Source: Podospora anserina
Lineage: Eukaryota
NCBI GenBank assembly: GCA_017654855.1
Contig: CM030334.1
Location: forward strand, 1,736,001-1,800,000
Length of the DNA stretch: 64,000 bases
Direction: 5' to 3'
The translations under genes and the position numbers were made by a program. The notes beneath the pieces were generated by a model. That model made no database searches. It saw nothing but the letters and a program-made list of their open reading frames with translations, and had not been told where the DNA came from. Shown here in pieces: positions 36,459-49,509 of this stretch. Within the stretch, counting starts at the first letter, position 1, and every line of letters begins with the position of its first letter.

Positions 36459-38184
36459 CTAATCCTTCCTCGCAAACCTCGCCAGACTCGGCCCCAGCTG
36501 CTCCTGCCTATCCTTAAACTTCTCATCCTTCCTCTCCTGCATCTCCTTGATGGCCTCCTCCACCTTCAGCCTCTTGTCATCAATAATGTTCTTCTTCTTC
36601 TGCTTCCTCAGATATTTCTTCAGCGCCGTGTTCTTGCCCCTAGCCCTGTTCTTCATCTCCTCCACCACATCCACCGGCGCGGCATCCAGGTCCCTGTCCG
36701 CCTTCCTCTGTTGCTCCGATCGCAAATCCAGCTTGCCGATGAAGTTGGGGTCGAGCGCAATCATCTCGGGCTTGAGCTTGTTCAGCAGAGCCTTGACCTC
36801 GCCTTCCTGCCTCTGCTTCTTCGTCTCGAAGGGGTTGACTTCCAGAGCGTCATAGTTGGGCTCGCCGGCGCCCGGGACGATCAGTGACGAGAACCCTTCC
36901 GTGTGGCCTACACCAAGAACATCCTCAAAGGGGCACCACCGGACGCGCTCGACCTTGTGGCCTTCGCCGCCCCAGGTCATGTAGGGTGACTGGACCTTTT
37001 CTTGGACGGGCTTGTTCTTGTCAAAGAGGCCGCGCCAGATGGTGGTGTGGGTGTTCCAGCCGACCGCGGTCAAGCCCGTGTCTGAGATGGCGACCGAGGT
37101 GGCTGGTGACCGGGTGAAATACGACGAGACGGACTCCTTGAAGTTGCGAACGTCCCAGATGCACATCCTGTTGTCCTGGCCTGCCGATACCATGTAGCGA
37201 CCTTCGCGGTCTACGGCGACGGATCGCACGGGCCCGCGGTGGGCAAGAAGTTTCACGAGGGGTTCGCTCGAGTTTGGCGACCATAATGTGACGGTGCCGT
37301 TTTGCTGGCCGACGTGGAGGATGGCGTTGTAGGGGTTGTGGGTGAGGGAGACGGGGGTGCCTTGTCTGGTCGAGATTTCGGAGACGATTTGACCGGTCGA
37401 GGTGTCTTGGTATTTGAGGGAACCGTTGATGCCCTGGGAAAGTGTCAGCTTCAAAAGCGATCAGCCCCCGAGAAAGCTGCTTTGCGCTTACCAATGTCGC
37501 CAGCAAGAAGTGGTACGGCAGAAACTCCATATGCGACACCTCGACGTGCTTCTTCAGGCAGTGAAGCTCAACACCCTGCGAGTCGTAGATGTACACATAC
37601 TTCTTCTGCGCGACGGCGAAGAACTGGTTATTGTGCAAGAACCTCGCATCGCGAACCGTCTCCATCAGCTGAAGCTCACAGCCCAGCTTTCCGTCTCGCC
37701 AGTCCATCGTCGCGACATGGCCTTTCCTCCCCGCCAGGATCAAGTCTCGACCATTCCTGCTGTATTCGCAAATATATGGCCCCAACTCGTTGAGCTTCAG
37801 CTCGAACCCCTTTTGCGCCACCTCAATGGCGACATTTTTCTGAATGTCGTCCTGGCGAACCTTGTATGTCCTTTCCAACTCCGTCTCTGGCTCGATAAAG
37901 CCAGCTGTGTTCTCCAGCAGGATCTCTGCTTCCTTGGCTTTGTATGCCGCCTCCTTGTATTTGTTCTCGAGTGTGCTGAGGTTCCGCCGTAACTTCTTGT
38001 CCCTGACGGTCTTGACGTCGATTCCGCGACCGCGACCGTAGGCCTTTTGCGCATCTCTTTGGCGACGGGCCTTTGCAATCTCGGACTTTGATTTGAGTTC
38101 GGTTCGTGGTTTCCTGACGGCGAGCTGACCGTTGCTGGGCTGTGATACCCTCGTGAGGGGCGCGTCGACGGTGTCTATCTCCAT
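36459..38184 (-). CDS. UTP7: SSU processome WD40 protein Utp7/WDR46 (intron 37491-37434)
   Basis: Motifs YSRNGRDLILAGRKGHVA and EFLPYHFLL, and the BING4CT region IVPGAGEPNYDALEVNPFETKKQRQE. Confidence 0.93.
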
Positions 38185-38527
38185 CTTTGGCTGACTGGAA
38201 TTGTGTGATAAATGAATGGGCAGAAAAGAAGAGAACTCCCCAACCTAGAGCAGCGCCGGTTGCTCAGTTGCTGTTCGGAACTTTTTTTGGCAGGGGGCCC
38301 ACTGAAAAGTTGGGGAAAGGTTATCTGATTGGTCGCACAATGCGACTGATAAGATATGCCCACAAGGTCGAAAAAAGATGTGCCCCGCCATCATCACCAC
38401 CCCTCGTCTCACTCTGTAATACGGGCAATAATTCAGTTCCAAGTTCTACGAAAAACGACAGACGATTCAAAAGTACGACAAAGTGGCGTCTCTTCCCTTC
38501 CGATTCAAAGCCGGCAGCGACGCAAAG

Positions 38528-41108
38528 ATGCCTGGCGCCGTGGCCACGGGCCATTCCCACCGCCCGACTACCAAGCAGCGGAACAAGGGCTTCAAATCGC
38601 GAAAGGCAACCAAGGGTCAGCTTCGGGACGCTGCCAAAGGTATGAGTCACGCCGTGCTCGGGGAACCATGGGGGATTGGGGTCTAAAAGGGGCAATGAAT
38701 GGGCTGCACAGAACAGAGGACTTTGGAGAATTTAGTTTGCAACAGTCGGGCCGTTGGCTGACATTTCCGAACCAACAGGCAGAATCGAACCCGGACAGCG
38801 CAAGACGATCCACCAGCAAGCCATGTCTAAACTCGACCGAAAGAACCGTGCGAAACAGAGGCAGCAGGAGAAGGCTAGGGAACATGCCAGGGAGACTTCG
38901 GTCTTCGCCGGCAAGGACGGTGCGCCGCGCAATGTTGCCGTTATCCCCCTGTGTGTGGATGGCGACGCTGTCGCTGCCATCAAGGCCCTGAACGAGAGCG
39001 TAGAAGCCGAGGCTGAGATCAAGGAGGGATGCTTCCGGGTGCCCGTCACTAGATTCAAGCAGAAGCTGCAGTATTTCCCTGTAACCAGGGACCTTACCGC
39101 ATGCTTGGACGCCGCTCGGGTAGCCGATTTCGTCGTTCTGATCCTCTCGGCCGAGCACGAGGTTGACCCCCTGGGAGAGCTCATCATTCGCAGCGTCGAA
39201 AGCCAGGGCATGTCCACCCTGTTTACCGTCATCCAGGGCCTCAACAAGATCGAAGCCGCGAAGCAGAGGTTGTCGGTCATCTCTTCCCTCAAATCATACA
39301 TCACCCATTTCCACCCCGAACAGGAGAAGCTTTGCAGCCTCGACAACCGCCAGGAATGCGCCAACTTGATGCGCTCGCTGTGCAACACCACGCCGAAGGG
39401 TGTCAGGTGGAGAGATGAGCGGAGTTGGATGTTGGTGGAGGATGTCAACTTTGGCGGTGAGTCCACGGTTGTCACCGGTGTGGTCAGGGGCAAGGGTCTC
39501 AAGGCGGACAGACTGGTTCAGGTTGGGGATTGGGGAACATTCCAAATCGAAAAGATCACCGCTGCACCGCTTGCGGCCCCGAAACCTGAGGGTATGGCTG
39601 TCGGCGGAGCGGAGGGAGACGCTTTGGACGCTCCTACCGAGGACCAGGATGAGCTTGCCGAGCTTGCACCGGAAGAGGTCAACATGGAGGACGACGATAT
39701 GGATGCCGCTTCCGCCGTGCCTGAGCAGAAGAAGGGAGTTTTGCTGGACGAGCACCATTATTTCTCTGACGACGACCAAGTTATTGCGCTCCAAATGCCC
39801 AAAAAGGTGCCCAAGGGCACTTCCAAGTACCAGGCCGCCTGGTTCTTGGACGGCGGTGAGGAGTCAGAGGATGGATCAGACCTCGAGGATTTCGAGATGG
39901 AGGATGCGCTAGAGGAGGAGCCAGCGAGACCAGAGGACGGCATCGAGGGTGCTGCTGGGGACGTTGCCATGACCGAGGGCGCGCCAACAGAATATGCCAA
40001 GTCGGTAGCATTCGTCGAGCCCGACGAGGATGAGGACGCTATGGGGCTGGAGGCCTATCGCAAGCAGAAGCGGTCCGAGGCCGAGGACGACTTGGAGTTC
40101 CCGGATGAGATCGAGCTCCACCCCAATGTTCTCGCCCGGGAAAGACTGGCCAAGTACAGAGGTCTCAAGAGCTTGAGGACGAGTCCTTGGGTAGAAGAGG
40201 AGGATCGCGCGCACGAGCCGGAGGAGTGGAGAAGGTTACTTCAAATTCAAGACTACCAGGCGGCCCGCATCAGATCGGCTAGAGAAGCTCTGGTTGGCGG
40301 TGTTGCCCCTGGCACTCGTGTTCACGTCCACCTCAGAGGCGTGCCATCAGAGGTTCGGGCTTCTCACAGCTCAGGCCGACCGCTCGCTCTTGTTTCTCTG
40401 TTGAGGCACGAGCACAAGCGGACCGCCATGAACATTCTCATCAACCTCCCTGCTGATGCCACAGCGCCCATCAAGTCAAAGGAGGAGTTGGTTGTTCAGT
40501 ACGGCCCAAGGAGGTTCGTCATCAAGCCCTTGTTTTCTCAGGGCGGCGCCACTCCCAACGACGTCCACAAGTACTGCCGGTACATTCACCCCGGACAGTC
40601 GGCCGTGGCGACCTTTATGGGTCCTGTAGCGTGGGGTTCCATGCCGGCTCTTTTTTACAAGAGAATTGTTCCTGGCGAGGAGACTCCCCACGACGACGAC
40701 GAGTCGGATCTGCCGCTGAAGCTGGTGGCCACGGGCACCACCATGCCCCCGTCTACCTCCCGTGTCATTGCCAAGAGGGCAATTCTCACCGGTCACCCAT
40801 ACCACATCCACAAGAAGATCGTTACCGTCCGGTACATGTTCTTCAACAGAGAAGACGTGGAATGGTTCAAGGCGCTGCCCATGTGGACCAGGAGAGGCCG
40901 CACCGGTTTCATCAAGGAGCCCCTCGGTACTCACGGGTACTTCAAGGCGACGTTTGACGGGCGGATCAACCCCCAGGACTCGGTCGGTGTCAGCTTGTAC
41001 AAGCGGGTGTGGCCCCGTCCTGCGGAGCCGTTGAGGGGGCTGTTGCTTGACCCTGAGCAGGTGCCTGACTTGGTGGAGGATGATGCTATGGATGCGGATG
41101 CTGAGTAG
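38528..41108 (+). CDS. TSR1: Pre-40S ribosome assembly factor Tsr1 (intron 38640-38778)
   Basis: N-terminal HSHRPTTKQRNKGFKSR, plus EFPDEIELHP..ARERLAKYRGLKSLRTSPW and RTGFIKEPLGTHGYFKATFD. Confidence 0.94.
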
Positions 41109-41243
41109 GTGGTTAGATATATACCCTCCTGACAGAGGGTCTTTTCATGACGGCGTTTTTGGGATGGGGATTAATGAAAAGATTTTTGTTCTTGTTCTTT
41201 TTCATATTTTGCCATCTCATCTTTCTGTTTACATATGCGTCGT

Positions 41244-42129
41244 CTACTCCAATTCCTCCAACCCAGGCGTCGGCCTTGGGCCGCCAACACTCCTCCTCTG
41301 CTCCTCGGCCCCGCTCGCCCTCCAAGCACTCAAGATCAAGTCAACAATATGCTCCACCCCGACCCCCTTCTTGACCTGCGCGAAGACCGTCGGCCCCCCC
41401 TCCCTCATCTTCCTCGCGTCCCTGTCCATGACATCCAAATCCGCGCCGACAATCTCGGCGAGATCGGTCTTGTTGACGACCAACAAGTCGCTCTGTGTGA
41501 TGCCCGGGCCTCCCTTGCGCGGGATCTTGTCGCCGCCGCTGACGTCGATGACGTAAATGATGTAATCGGCGAGTTCACGGGAGTAGTTAGCGGCGAGGTT
41601 GTCGCCCCCGGACTCGATGAGGAGGAGGTCGGTGTCGAATTGGGCGTGGAGGTCCTCGAGGGCGGCGAGGTTGGCCGAGATGTCCTCGCGGACGGCGGCG
41701 TGGGGGCAGCCGCCGGTCTCGATTGCGCGGATGCGGGGGGCGGGGAGGGCTTTGTTTCGGGTGAGGAACTCTGCGTCTTCGCGGGTGAAGATGTCGTTTG
41801 TTACCGCCGCGAGGGAGTAGGAGGAGCGGAGGTGGCGGGAGAGGGAGAGCATGAGGGCTGTTTTGCCTGATCCTACGGGGCTATAAAAAGGGGGTTAGTA
41901 TATAGAGAGGGGGGATAAAGGGGGGAAGGGAAGCGTACCCGCCGATGCCGATTGTGAAGGCGCGGTCGGCCCAGTTGCGGCCTTCGGTGATGGGCATTTC
42001 GCGGCCGTGGTAGGAGCCGGGGCCGTCGAGGATCTCGTGGGAGTGGCCGTGGTCTGCTGCGGAGAAGGAGACGGCGTGGTCGTGGGAGGCGTGGAAGTGG
42101 ACGCCGTCGTGGGTGTGTTGGTGGGACAT
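41244..42129 (-). CDS. ureG: Urease accessory GTPase UreG (intron 41938-41881)
   Basis: His-rich N-terminus, spliced IGIGGPVGSGKT, then ETGGCPH, ESGGDNL and NKTD. Confidence 0.95.
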
Positions 42130-42340
42130 TTTGATGTTGTTGGTTTCTCACAATTGTCACTTGGGAAAGTTGGATTGGTTGTGAAAATGAAAAAGTTTAA
42201 ACTTCAATTGACTGCTCCTGCAAAAGCCGCCGTTGATATCCACCCCTCTTGGACCCTCCCCCCCTTTTCCGTCTTGGCCTCTGTCTCCGATTTGAGGAGG
42301 AGGGAGGAGGGGTAGCTTCGGGATATCCATCCAAGATCCA

Positions 42341-42739
42341 TGGTGGTGGTGGTGGTGGTGGTGAGGGGCATAGATAAGATAACGAGCTTGTTGTGTCATC
42401 ATTCATCGTGGGGGTTACCCAATCCCTCTTCTTCTTCTTCTTCTTCTTCTTCTTCTTCTTCTTCTTTCCCTTAACCCTGGACATCAAGGTTCACCACCTC
42501 CCCTTTCCCTTTTAACCTCATCCATCTCTTGTCCAAAAAAGTAGCTTCCGTCAAGGACTCCGTGAAGGATTCAACATGCATTCACTTTCCTCTTGGCAAA
42601 AGGGAGTTTTCTGATCACATTTCGCAAGAAATGTGCTCATTCATGCTCCTACCTGCTTGCTGCTTCCCTTCCGAAATATGCAAGCAGCATCATGCAAGCA
42701 GCATCATGCAAGGTGTAGGCATGCAAGGTGTAGGGGGAG

Positions 42740-42777
<38 letters not shown>
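42341..42777. repeat. Simple-repeat cluster: (TGG)7, (CTT)13, 4x ATGCAAG-headed 14-15 bp units, (TA)n(TG)n
   Basis: Visible at 42341-42363, 42428-42466, 42678-42734 and 42741-42777. Confidence 0.9.
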
Positions 42778-43339
42778 AACCATCGTGAGAAAACCTGCTC
42801 TTTCTCTCTACTGCCCCCCTGCAACTCAGCTCACAATCCAGGTACTGGGGATGCTTACTCAGACGTCGGTTGGTAGTTAGGGAACGACTCAAGTGCGAAC
42901 TGGATAGTTTGTGATAATAACGGCGAGTTCGAGCCAGCCAATCGTGGCGTTGGGTAATGTCCGGTAGACTGTGTACGCGCGGGTTCGTACCCTCACCGTT
43001 GGAAACGTTACCTATTGAATGATGTAGGTCGTCAGGTGAAGGTCTTTTTTTATTGATTTTTTTGACGGACCATCTCTTTCCGTGGAGTGTTTCTTGTTTT
43101 GTTAGTGAAGAAGAAGCTGAGAAGAGCTACAAGGGGAAGGAAGGGTTTCATCGAGAGTTGTGTGTATAAAAGGCGGCATCTTCTTCTCACACTGGCATCC
43201 CAGGTTTTCTTTTCACGCTGGATCTAACTTGTCTATTGCGGACTGATTTGTTTTTCAAGAAACTGATCTCTCATCGACCACTGGGGGAAAAGAAAAACTT
43301 CATCTTTTGTTTAGGAGAACACTCTCACACCTCTTCAAA

Positions 43340-44327
43340 ATGAAGCCCAACTCATCCCTCATCGGACTTCTCACCACCCTCCTCTTACTCACCTCTTCAG
43401 TCCTCGCCTCCCCACAACACGGCAAAGCAAAAGGAAAAGGCAACCCCCCATCCCCATCACCTCCCCCTCAGAAGAACCCCCAACCCACTACGGCATCCTC
43501 CTCATCCGCGCCTTCCAACCGCTAGACATCTACGGCCCCCTCGACACCCTCCAACTCCTAGCCGTAAGCCCCCCCTCCCCTTTCTTCCCCCTTCCCCATC
43601 CCCCTAACTAACCTCCCCCTAGCACAACCGCCACCTAACCCTCACCCTCCTCTCCCGCACCCTTCTCCCCGTAACCTCCGAGCCCGCCTCGGCAATGATG
43701 AACACCCACAGATCCACCTTCTGGCCCACCATTTCCCCAACCCACACCCTCACCTCCCCCCCATCCAACCTCCAAGTCCTCATCATCCCCGGCGGCCCCG
43801 GCGCCCGATCCCCCGACCTCGGCCCCGAAATAGCCTTCATCCGCTCCGTCTTCCCCAAGCTCCAATACCTAATCACAATCTGCACCGGCTCCGGCATCGC
43901 CGCCCAATCCGGCGTCCTCGACGGCCGCCGCGCGACGACCAACAAGGCGGCCTGGAATTCCATGACGGCTATGGGGCCAAAGGTGAAATGGGTCGCGCCC
44001 GCGAGGTGGGTTGAGGATGGCAAGGTTTGGAGCAGCAGTGGTGTAAGTTGTCCCCCGCCTCAAAACATCATCATGCAGAAAAAAAAACCCCCCCCCCCAA
44101 AAAAAAGGAAAAAAAATTGACAATGATACCCTTACGGGAAAAAAAAACAGGTCACGGCAGGAATAGATCTCATCTACGAGTTCATCAAGCAGAAATACCC
44201 CAATGGTACGGCACTGACAAAAAGATTCGGCGAGGTCACCGAGTACGAGCCCGAAACTGACTGGAGAGCTGACCCCTGGAGCGAGAGGTTCAATGTTACT
44301 GTTCCTGTTCCTGAGCCTCTGGTGTAG
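43340..44327 (+). pseudogene. DJ-1/PfpI family protein with signal peptide, carrying an apparent 1-nt frameshift near 43444-43449 (introns 43564-43622, 44043-44150)
   Basis: Motifs HYGILLIRAFQPLDIYGPLD, VLIIPGG, ICTGS and WVEDGKVWSSSGVTAGID. The signal-peptide ATG frame differs from the domain frame. TATAAAA at 43165. May be an intact gene with an assembly error. Confidence 0.7.
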
Positions 44328-45167
44328 AGGGCTGAGTTGGGTTCGAGTCTGAAATTGACGAGTTGGAGGAGAAAGGCAAGCGGGCGAGCGTGAATCTGTT
44401 GTTTTGCCATGATCGTTAGCAATTATTATCTTTGACGAGTTGAAATCAGCATTACATGAGGTACCTAAAACTGCCATTCTACACATGTCATCATGACAAC
44501 AGAGCAACATACATAAGAATAAGAGCTCATTAAGGATTGACTATGGGTGTGTATCTATTTGTTACATGGACAAGGCCAAGTTAATCCATTGCAGGCCATG
44601 CATCTGCTGAGCATCAACAACAACACGTCCATCCAGGACTAAAAAGAAAAGGCAGTCTCCCGTCATTATCCTCCACAACCTCCCCCTTCTTTTTTGTTCT
44701 TGTACCCCCACATTTGTCAAACCTTGCTCCCCAAGAAAATGATTTCTCACAGTTATATTTGAATGAAAACGATTGCCAGGCGCGGCCCACCCCGAGGGTT
44801 TGGCAGGTCGCTGTCCCCATTAGATCGGACAGAACAGATTCCCCCGTCCCCTTTAAAGAAGGTTGCAAAGCCGCAAACCGTTGATGTCGCAAAACACTAA
44901 TCATGAAGTGTCCAAAGCACTCGAACGGGCAGTAGCCTCCCGAGCGTAGGATGTCGGGTGATCTCTAAGATTAGCTGCTGGCGAATATGTTGGGTGAAGA
45001 ACCGAGACGAATATGGTGTGGGTCAACTCGTCGAAAGAACGATTGCGAAAATCATGGTCGTAATACAGACAAGAAAAAAGAAAAAAAAAGAAACGAATGG
45101 GCTCGGACGATGAATGTGTCTGAGAGAAGAGGAAAAAGAAATGCTTCTTCAGATCGCGGATCAAATC

Positions 45168-47826
45168 TTAGCGGTACGCGGCAACACCACCGCCACCACC
45201 ACCGCCACCACCACCACCACCACCTCCATAGGGGCGGCTAGGACGAATGGCCGCCATGGAGGAGGGACCAACACCAGGACCAGGCCGGGTTGCGACGGCG
45301 TGGTTGGTGCAGAGCATGCCGACACGGGAACCAAACTTGGAGCCACGGAGAGACACCATGTGCTTGCGAATATGAGCGGCGACAATCTCGCGATGCTGGG
45401 GGTTGGCGTGCGTCAAGATGTACTGGATGAGATAGTTACCGTACTGATCGCTGGCGATGTCGATAAGGGGAATGCGGGGACGTTCGTGCCGGCCCTCGCA
45501 GACACGGTCAAGATAGCGGCCCAGAAACTCGGGGCCACCAATCTTCAGACACTTCTCGACCACCTTGGACGCAAACTGGTCCATGCTGTACTCGGCGGCA
45601 TATCGAATGACATGGTCGATGGCTCGGCTGCGGTCAGCCGGGGCGCCATGCTCGCAGATGTGCTGGATGCACCAGTTGCCAAACTGGCCATGAGCGACAA
45701 TGTCGATATTGGCAAGCACCTCCTCAATGCAAGGACGCTGTAGACATCCATGTTAGCGATCGCCAGCACCGCAGAGCAACGTGACAGCACAAACCTTGTC
45801 CTCCTCCAAACAATTCTCAAAGATGTTCTGCACAACCAAACTACCCGTCTCGCCCAAGGCAACCTCGTGCCACATGCCGCGCAGCGACTCGTTGACATAC
45901 TTCATGATCTGGGGAGGAGACTCGGTCCAACGCAGCTCGAACAGCTTCTGCCAGACGTGGCAAGCATAACGGTGAATGACCGTCTCGGGAATCCGGCGCA
46001 GCAGCTCGTGAACCATGATGGCCTTGTACTCCTCGGGCACCGAGTCGAAGGCCTTCTGAACCACATGGCAGCCAAAGGGGTCCATCGAGAGATTCAGAGT
46101 GTTTCCGCGAATCGCCTCGGCAATCTTGACCACCTGTTCCGGGGTGCCATGCTCAAAGCAGCGCTGCACCAAGAAGTTGCCGAACCGGTTGACCATCAAG
46201 GGGTAGGCCTGGGCAACAATCGCCTCCACAATGTCGTACTTTTGGTCAGGGGTGCCGACCTTGAGCTTTTGCTGCAGAAAGATGGAGGCTTGCTGGTCAT
46301 TGTTGCACACAATCTTGTCGACGATGTACTTCCAGTCGCAAGTGACGTTGCGGTCAAGAAGGCGGCGATAGTTGAGAGGCTCGGTCGTGGCAGAGACGTA
46401 GGTCTGGCCTTCGCTGGAAATGGACTGCAATTCAAGCGTCAGCATGATGCTTCAAGCAATAGCCCGTTTGAAGCTCACCTCAGTCTTTCCCCAGGGTCCC
46501 TGGGAAGAGGAGGTGAACTCGGTGGCATGGGGTGAGAGTGGAGACCCAACCTGTTGCTGCGGGTAGGGGGGATACATCCCCAAGCCCATGCCGCCGGCCA
46601 TGGGGGCCTGATTGCCGTAGGGATAGCTGAGAGCGGTGCTGTCATAGGGGCCAGCATTCATGTTGAAGCCGCCGCTGTAGTTGGACGAGGGAGCGTAGCG
46701 GCTGTCGTAGCGATTGGTGCGGCGTCCCATGGGCCTCATCATCTCCTGGTCAGGCGGAGCTCGATCCTGGCGATACACCTCCAGGCCTGTGTGGTTGTAT
46801 GAGGTTTCGTACCCTGCGGTGGGGGCGCGGGGATCGGTCCAGGGAGTCGCCTGGGGCGCACCTGTCACGGCGGTGGTCTGGGGGAACTGACTGGGATAAG
46901 AAGGCTGCTTGTTCCAGATACCGCGAGCGCGGCTCATGCCTCCTGTCGACATGGGCTCGGGAATCTCGGCGCGGGCATCGTCGGGAACAAGCCAGCCCGG
47001 CTCGCGAAGATAAGGCAGCTTGGCGGAGCTGCCGCAAGTCGGACCTCCCGAGAGAGCCCGAGCAATCGGGGAGACAGCGCCGGTAATCGACGAGGCAAAG
47101 TCGGATTCGACGACACCAAGAGCTGGAGTGACGCGCCCACTCTCAAGACCGTAGCGGTTCTGCGACTCGAGGCGTGAGATGTGGTTGTGAGCTTGAGCGA
47201 GCTCGAGCTTCAAACGCAAAACCTCCTCAGTGCTGGCCTGCGTCTCGTTCTGGGCGGCGCTGGCAGGTCGAGTGGTGGGGGCAGTCTGCGACGAAGGGAA
47301 GCCGTCCGTGGCGGGCGTGATGGGCAGAGAGCTGCAGGACGATTGGTGGTCCAGGGCTCTGGTGTGCACAGCATCCTCGTCCGAAGCCTTGCGCATGTCG
47401 CTCTGATGCTGCAAGATGGCAGACTGCTGCTCGGAAATCTTGGCGTAGAGTTTCTCCATGGGGTACGAGTCGGACGGAGGCGGCTCGTGTTTGATCTTCA
47501 CCTTCTGTTATGATCAGTCCAATCTTTGACAGGAGAGTTGAGTGGCAGCACCAACCTTGGGATAGCTCTGGTTGGCCAGCTTCGAGGTGCTGAGGGCGCT
47601 GACGTTCTTCTTGAGGGAGACGGGAAGGGAGCTGCCGTCCTGTTGCAGAGCGGGTCAGAAACTTATCCATTGCCTGTCTGTGCAGCGAGTGAATGCGGAG
47701 GGGCAATGCCTGAGATGAGTGGGCCGCAAACTCGTCAGAGTTTTTGGAGTTTTCATCGTGGGAGCAGCTCTTGGAAGCCTGGGTACGTCGCTCCGTGGGA
47801 GAGCCGCTCATGGCTGCGGTCGACAT
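45168..47826 (-). CDS. Pumilio/PUF RNA-binding protein (introns 47709-47640 [putative GC-AG], 47555-47505, 46478-46425, 45794-45738)
   Basis: Puf repeats NRFGNFLVQRCFE, DPFGCHVVQKAFD, GQFGNWCIQHI, DQFASKVVEKCL and DQYGNYLIQYIL. Gly-rich C-terminus. The 5' exon structure is tentative. Confidence 0.88.
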
Positions 47827-49028
47827 GGTCCAGAACCCGATGGTGGCGGTGCGGGATTAGACAGAGCCGACGATTCAAATTACTTGATCCAATGTGATCT
47901 GACAAGGTGAGAATATGGCCCAGGTGTACCTAGCAAAAAAGAAGAAGTAGATGGCAGTTGATGGTTTGTGGTGAAAAGGCAGAGAGGCCAGATGGCGGAG
48001 GAGTAAGTAGAGCAGACGGTCGGGCAGTCTGCCGCTCCACCACCGACGAGGCAGACGCGAATCTTCAGCTGGGCAGGTGAGGCGACCTGGTCGAAGGGAA
48101 GGTGCGGACCGTGTTGAGATAAAAAGTTAGCCCGTCGGGACCGAGATCTGATTTTGATCGATGATTGCCTCTGCGGTGGTGCGCCGAAGGTTCGTCCTCG
48201 ACCAAGAACCTTTTATAAAACGTGGCCGAGATGCTGGAGATGCGTGGTAAAGAGCGTAGTTGAGTTGGGCTTGGTCGTCTAGGGGAGGTGGAAGCCCAGG
48301 GAAAGCCGTTGTTTGGTGAAGGAGGAAAGAACAACAGCAGGGGGCGGCTGGCCGATTCCACAGACAGGACAGATGAGGGAGCCAGTCACCGTCTCGTCTG
48401 AAGGCTGGAATCGGCGGAGCAGTGGAGGACCGGGAACCGGAGCAGGCTTGAGTCTCACATGTAGCATCTCAACATCAGACGGCAGCTCAAAGGGAAGGGA
48501 CGACTGCTTACCGGGCAGCCAATGACCGGACGACCCGGCCGAATGGGTGGCCACAGCGTCGGTAACTGTGGGAAAGGGTAGGGAGGGATATGGCGGAAGG
48601 GACCCGTGGACGTGACTGCCTCGATAGCCGTCAGCGACGAGGCAAGGCACACGATTGGAGGTTTCCAGTTTCATCACCTCGCTCAGGGGTATCACGTCGA
48701 TGCGTTGAGCATGTAAATCATCCGATCTGCCACATTGACGCTGTAACGGCAATGTTGCTTTTGCTGGTTAAGCAGCTTCAGTGCCGTCGGCAGACAGTAA
48801 TATGCTGCAACAAAAGCAGGGGGAAATGATGGGTTGAGCCCAACCGTACAGAACATGATCAAAGGCAAGAAAAGGCCACAATACCTGGCTGGGAACGCAA
48901 GCAACACAGCCACGACTCCAGCACCGAGAATGGCAATATGTTCCAAAAACCCGGGTATCTTTTTTTACCTTGTTCTATACAGTAGTAATACACATGAGAT
49001 CGTGGGCATCGTCCGTCGCTCCAAGCAA

Positions 49029-49509
49029 TCATTTTTTCTTCTTGTGATCTGTGTACGGTTAGCATGCTGACCTTCCGCCGCAGCACCCAGACCAACATAC
49101 CGGGAGCAGAGTTCTTCTTCTTGGGCGCACCCTTCCCGCGCGCTTTCAGACTGTGACATGTTAGACCACACAAGCATCCCAGCTATCCCAATGCCGAAAA
49201 CCCACAGAGAAACATGTTCGAAACGGTCCAGCTCCTTCTCGTCGTCAACCAGGAGGTGAAGATCCCTGAACTCGGCCTGGAACTCCTGCATGGTCCATAT
49301 CCTTCGTGGGTAGTATCCGGCGAGGGCGGGGCCCTTGAGGCGCTGTCTCAGGATCTTGTTGCCGGCGCGGATGCCGTCAGGGTTGAAGGTGGTCTCGAAG
49401 AGCTTGCAGCGAGCCTGGGGAGTCGGGGTTAGCGACCGAGGTTGACGGGTGGATAGCAGAGTCCTCTCACCTCCATGAGCTGCAGTAACCTCGCGCGTGG
49501 GACCGACAT
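49029..49509 (-). CDS. RSM27: Mitochondrial small-subunit ribosomal protein Rsm27/mS33, 105 aa (exons 49509-49471, 49414-49206, 49150-49101, 49048-49029)
   Basis: Motifs [31 protein letters not shown] and [10 protein letters not shown]. Confidence 0.92.
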
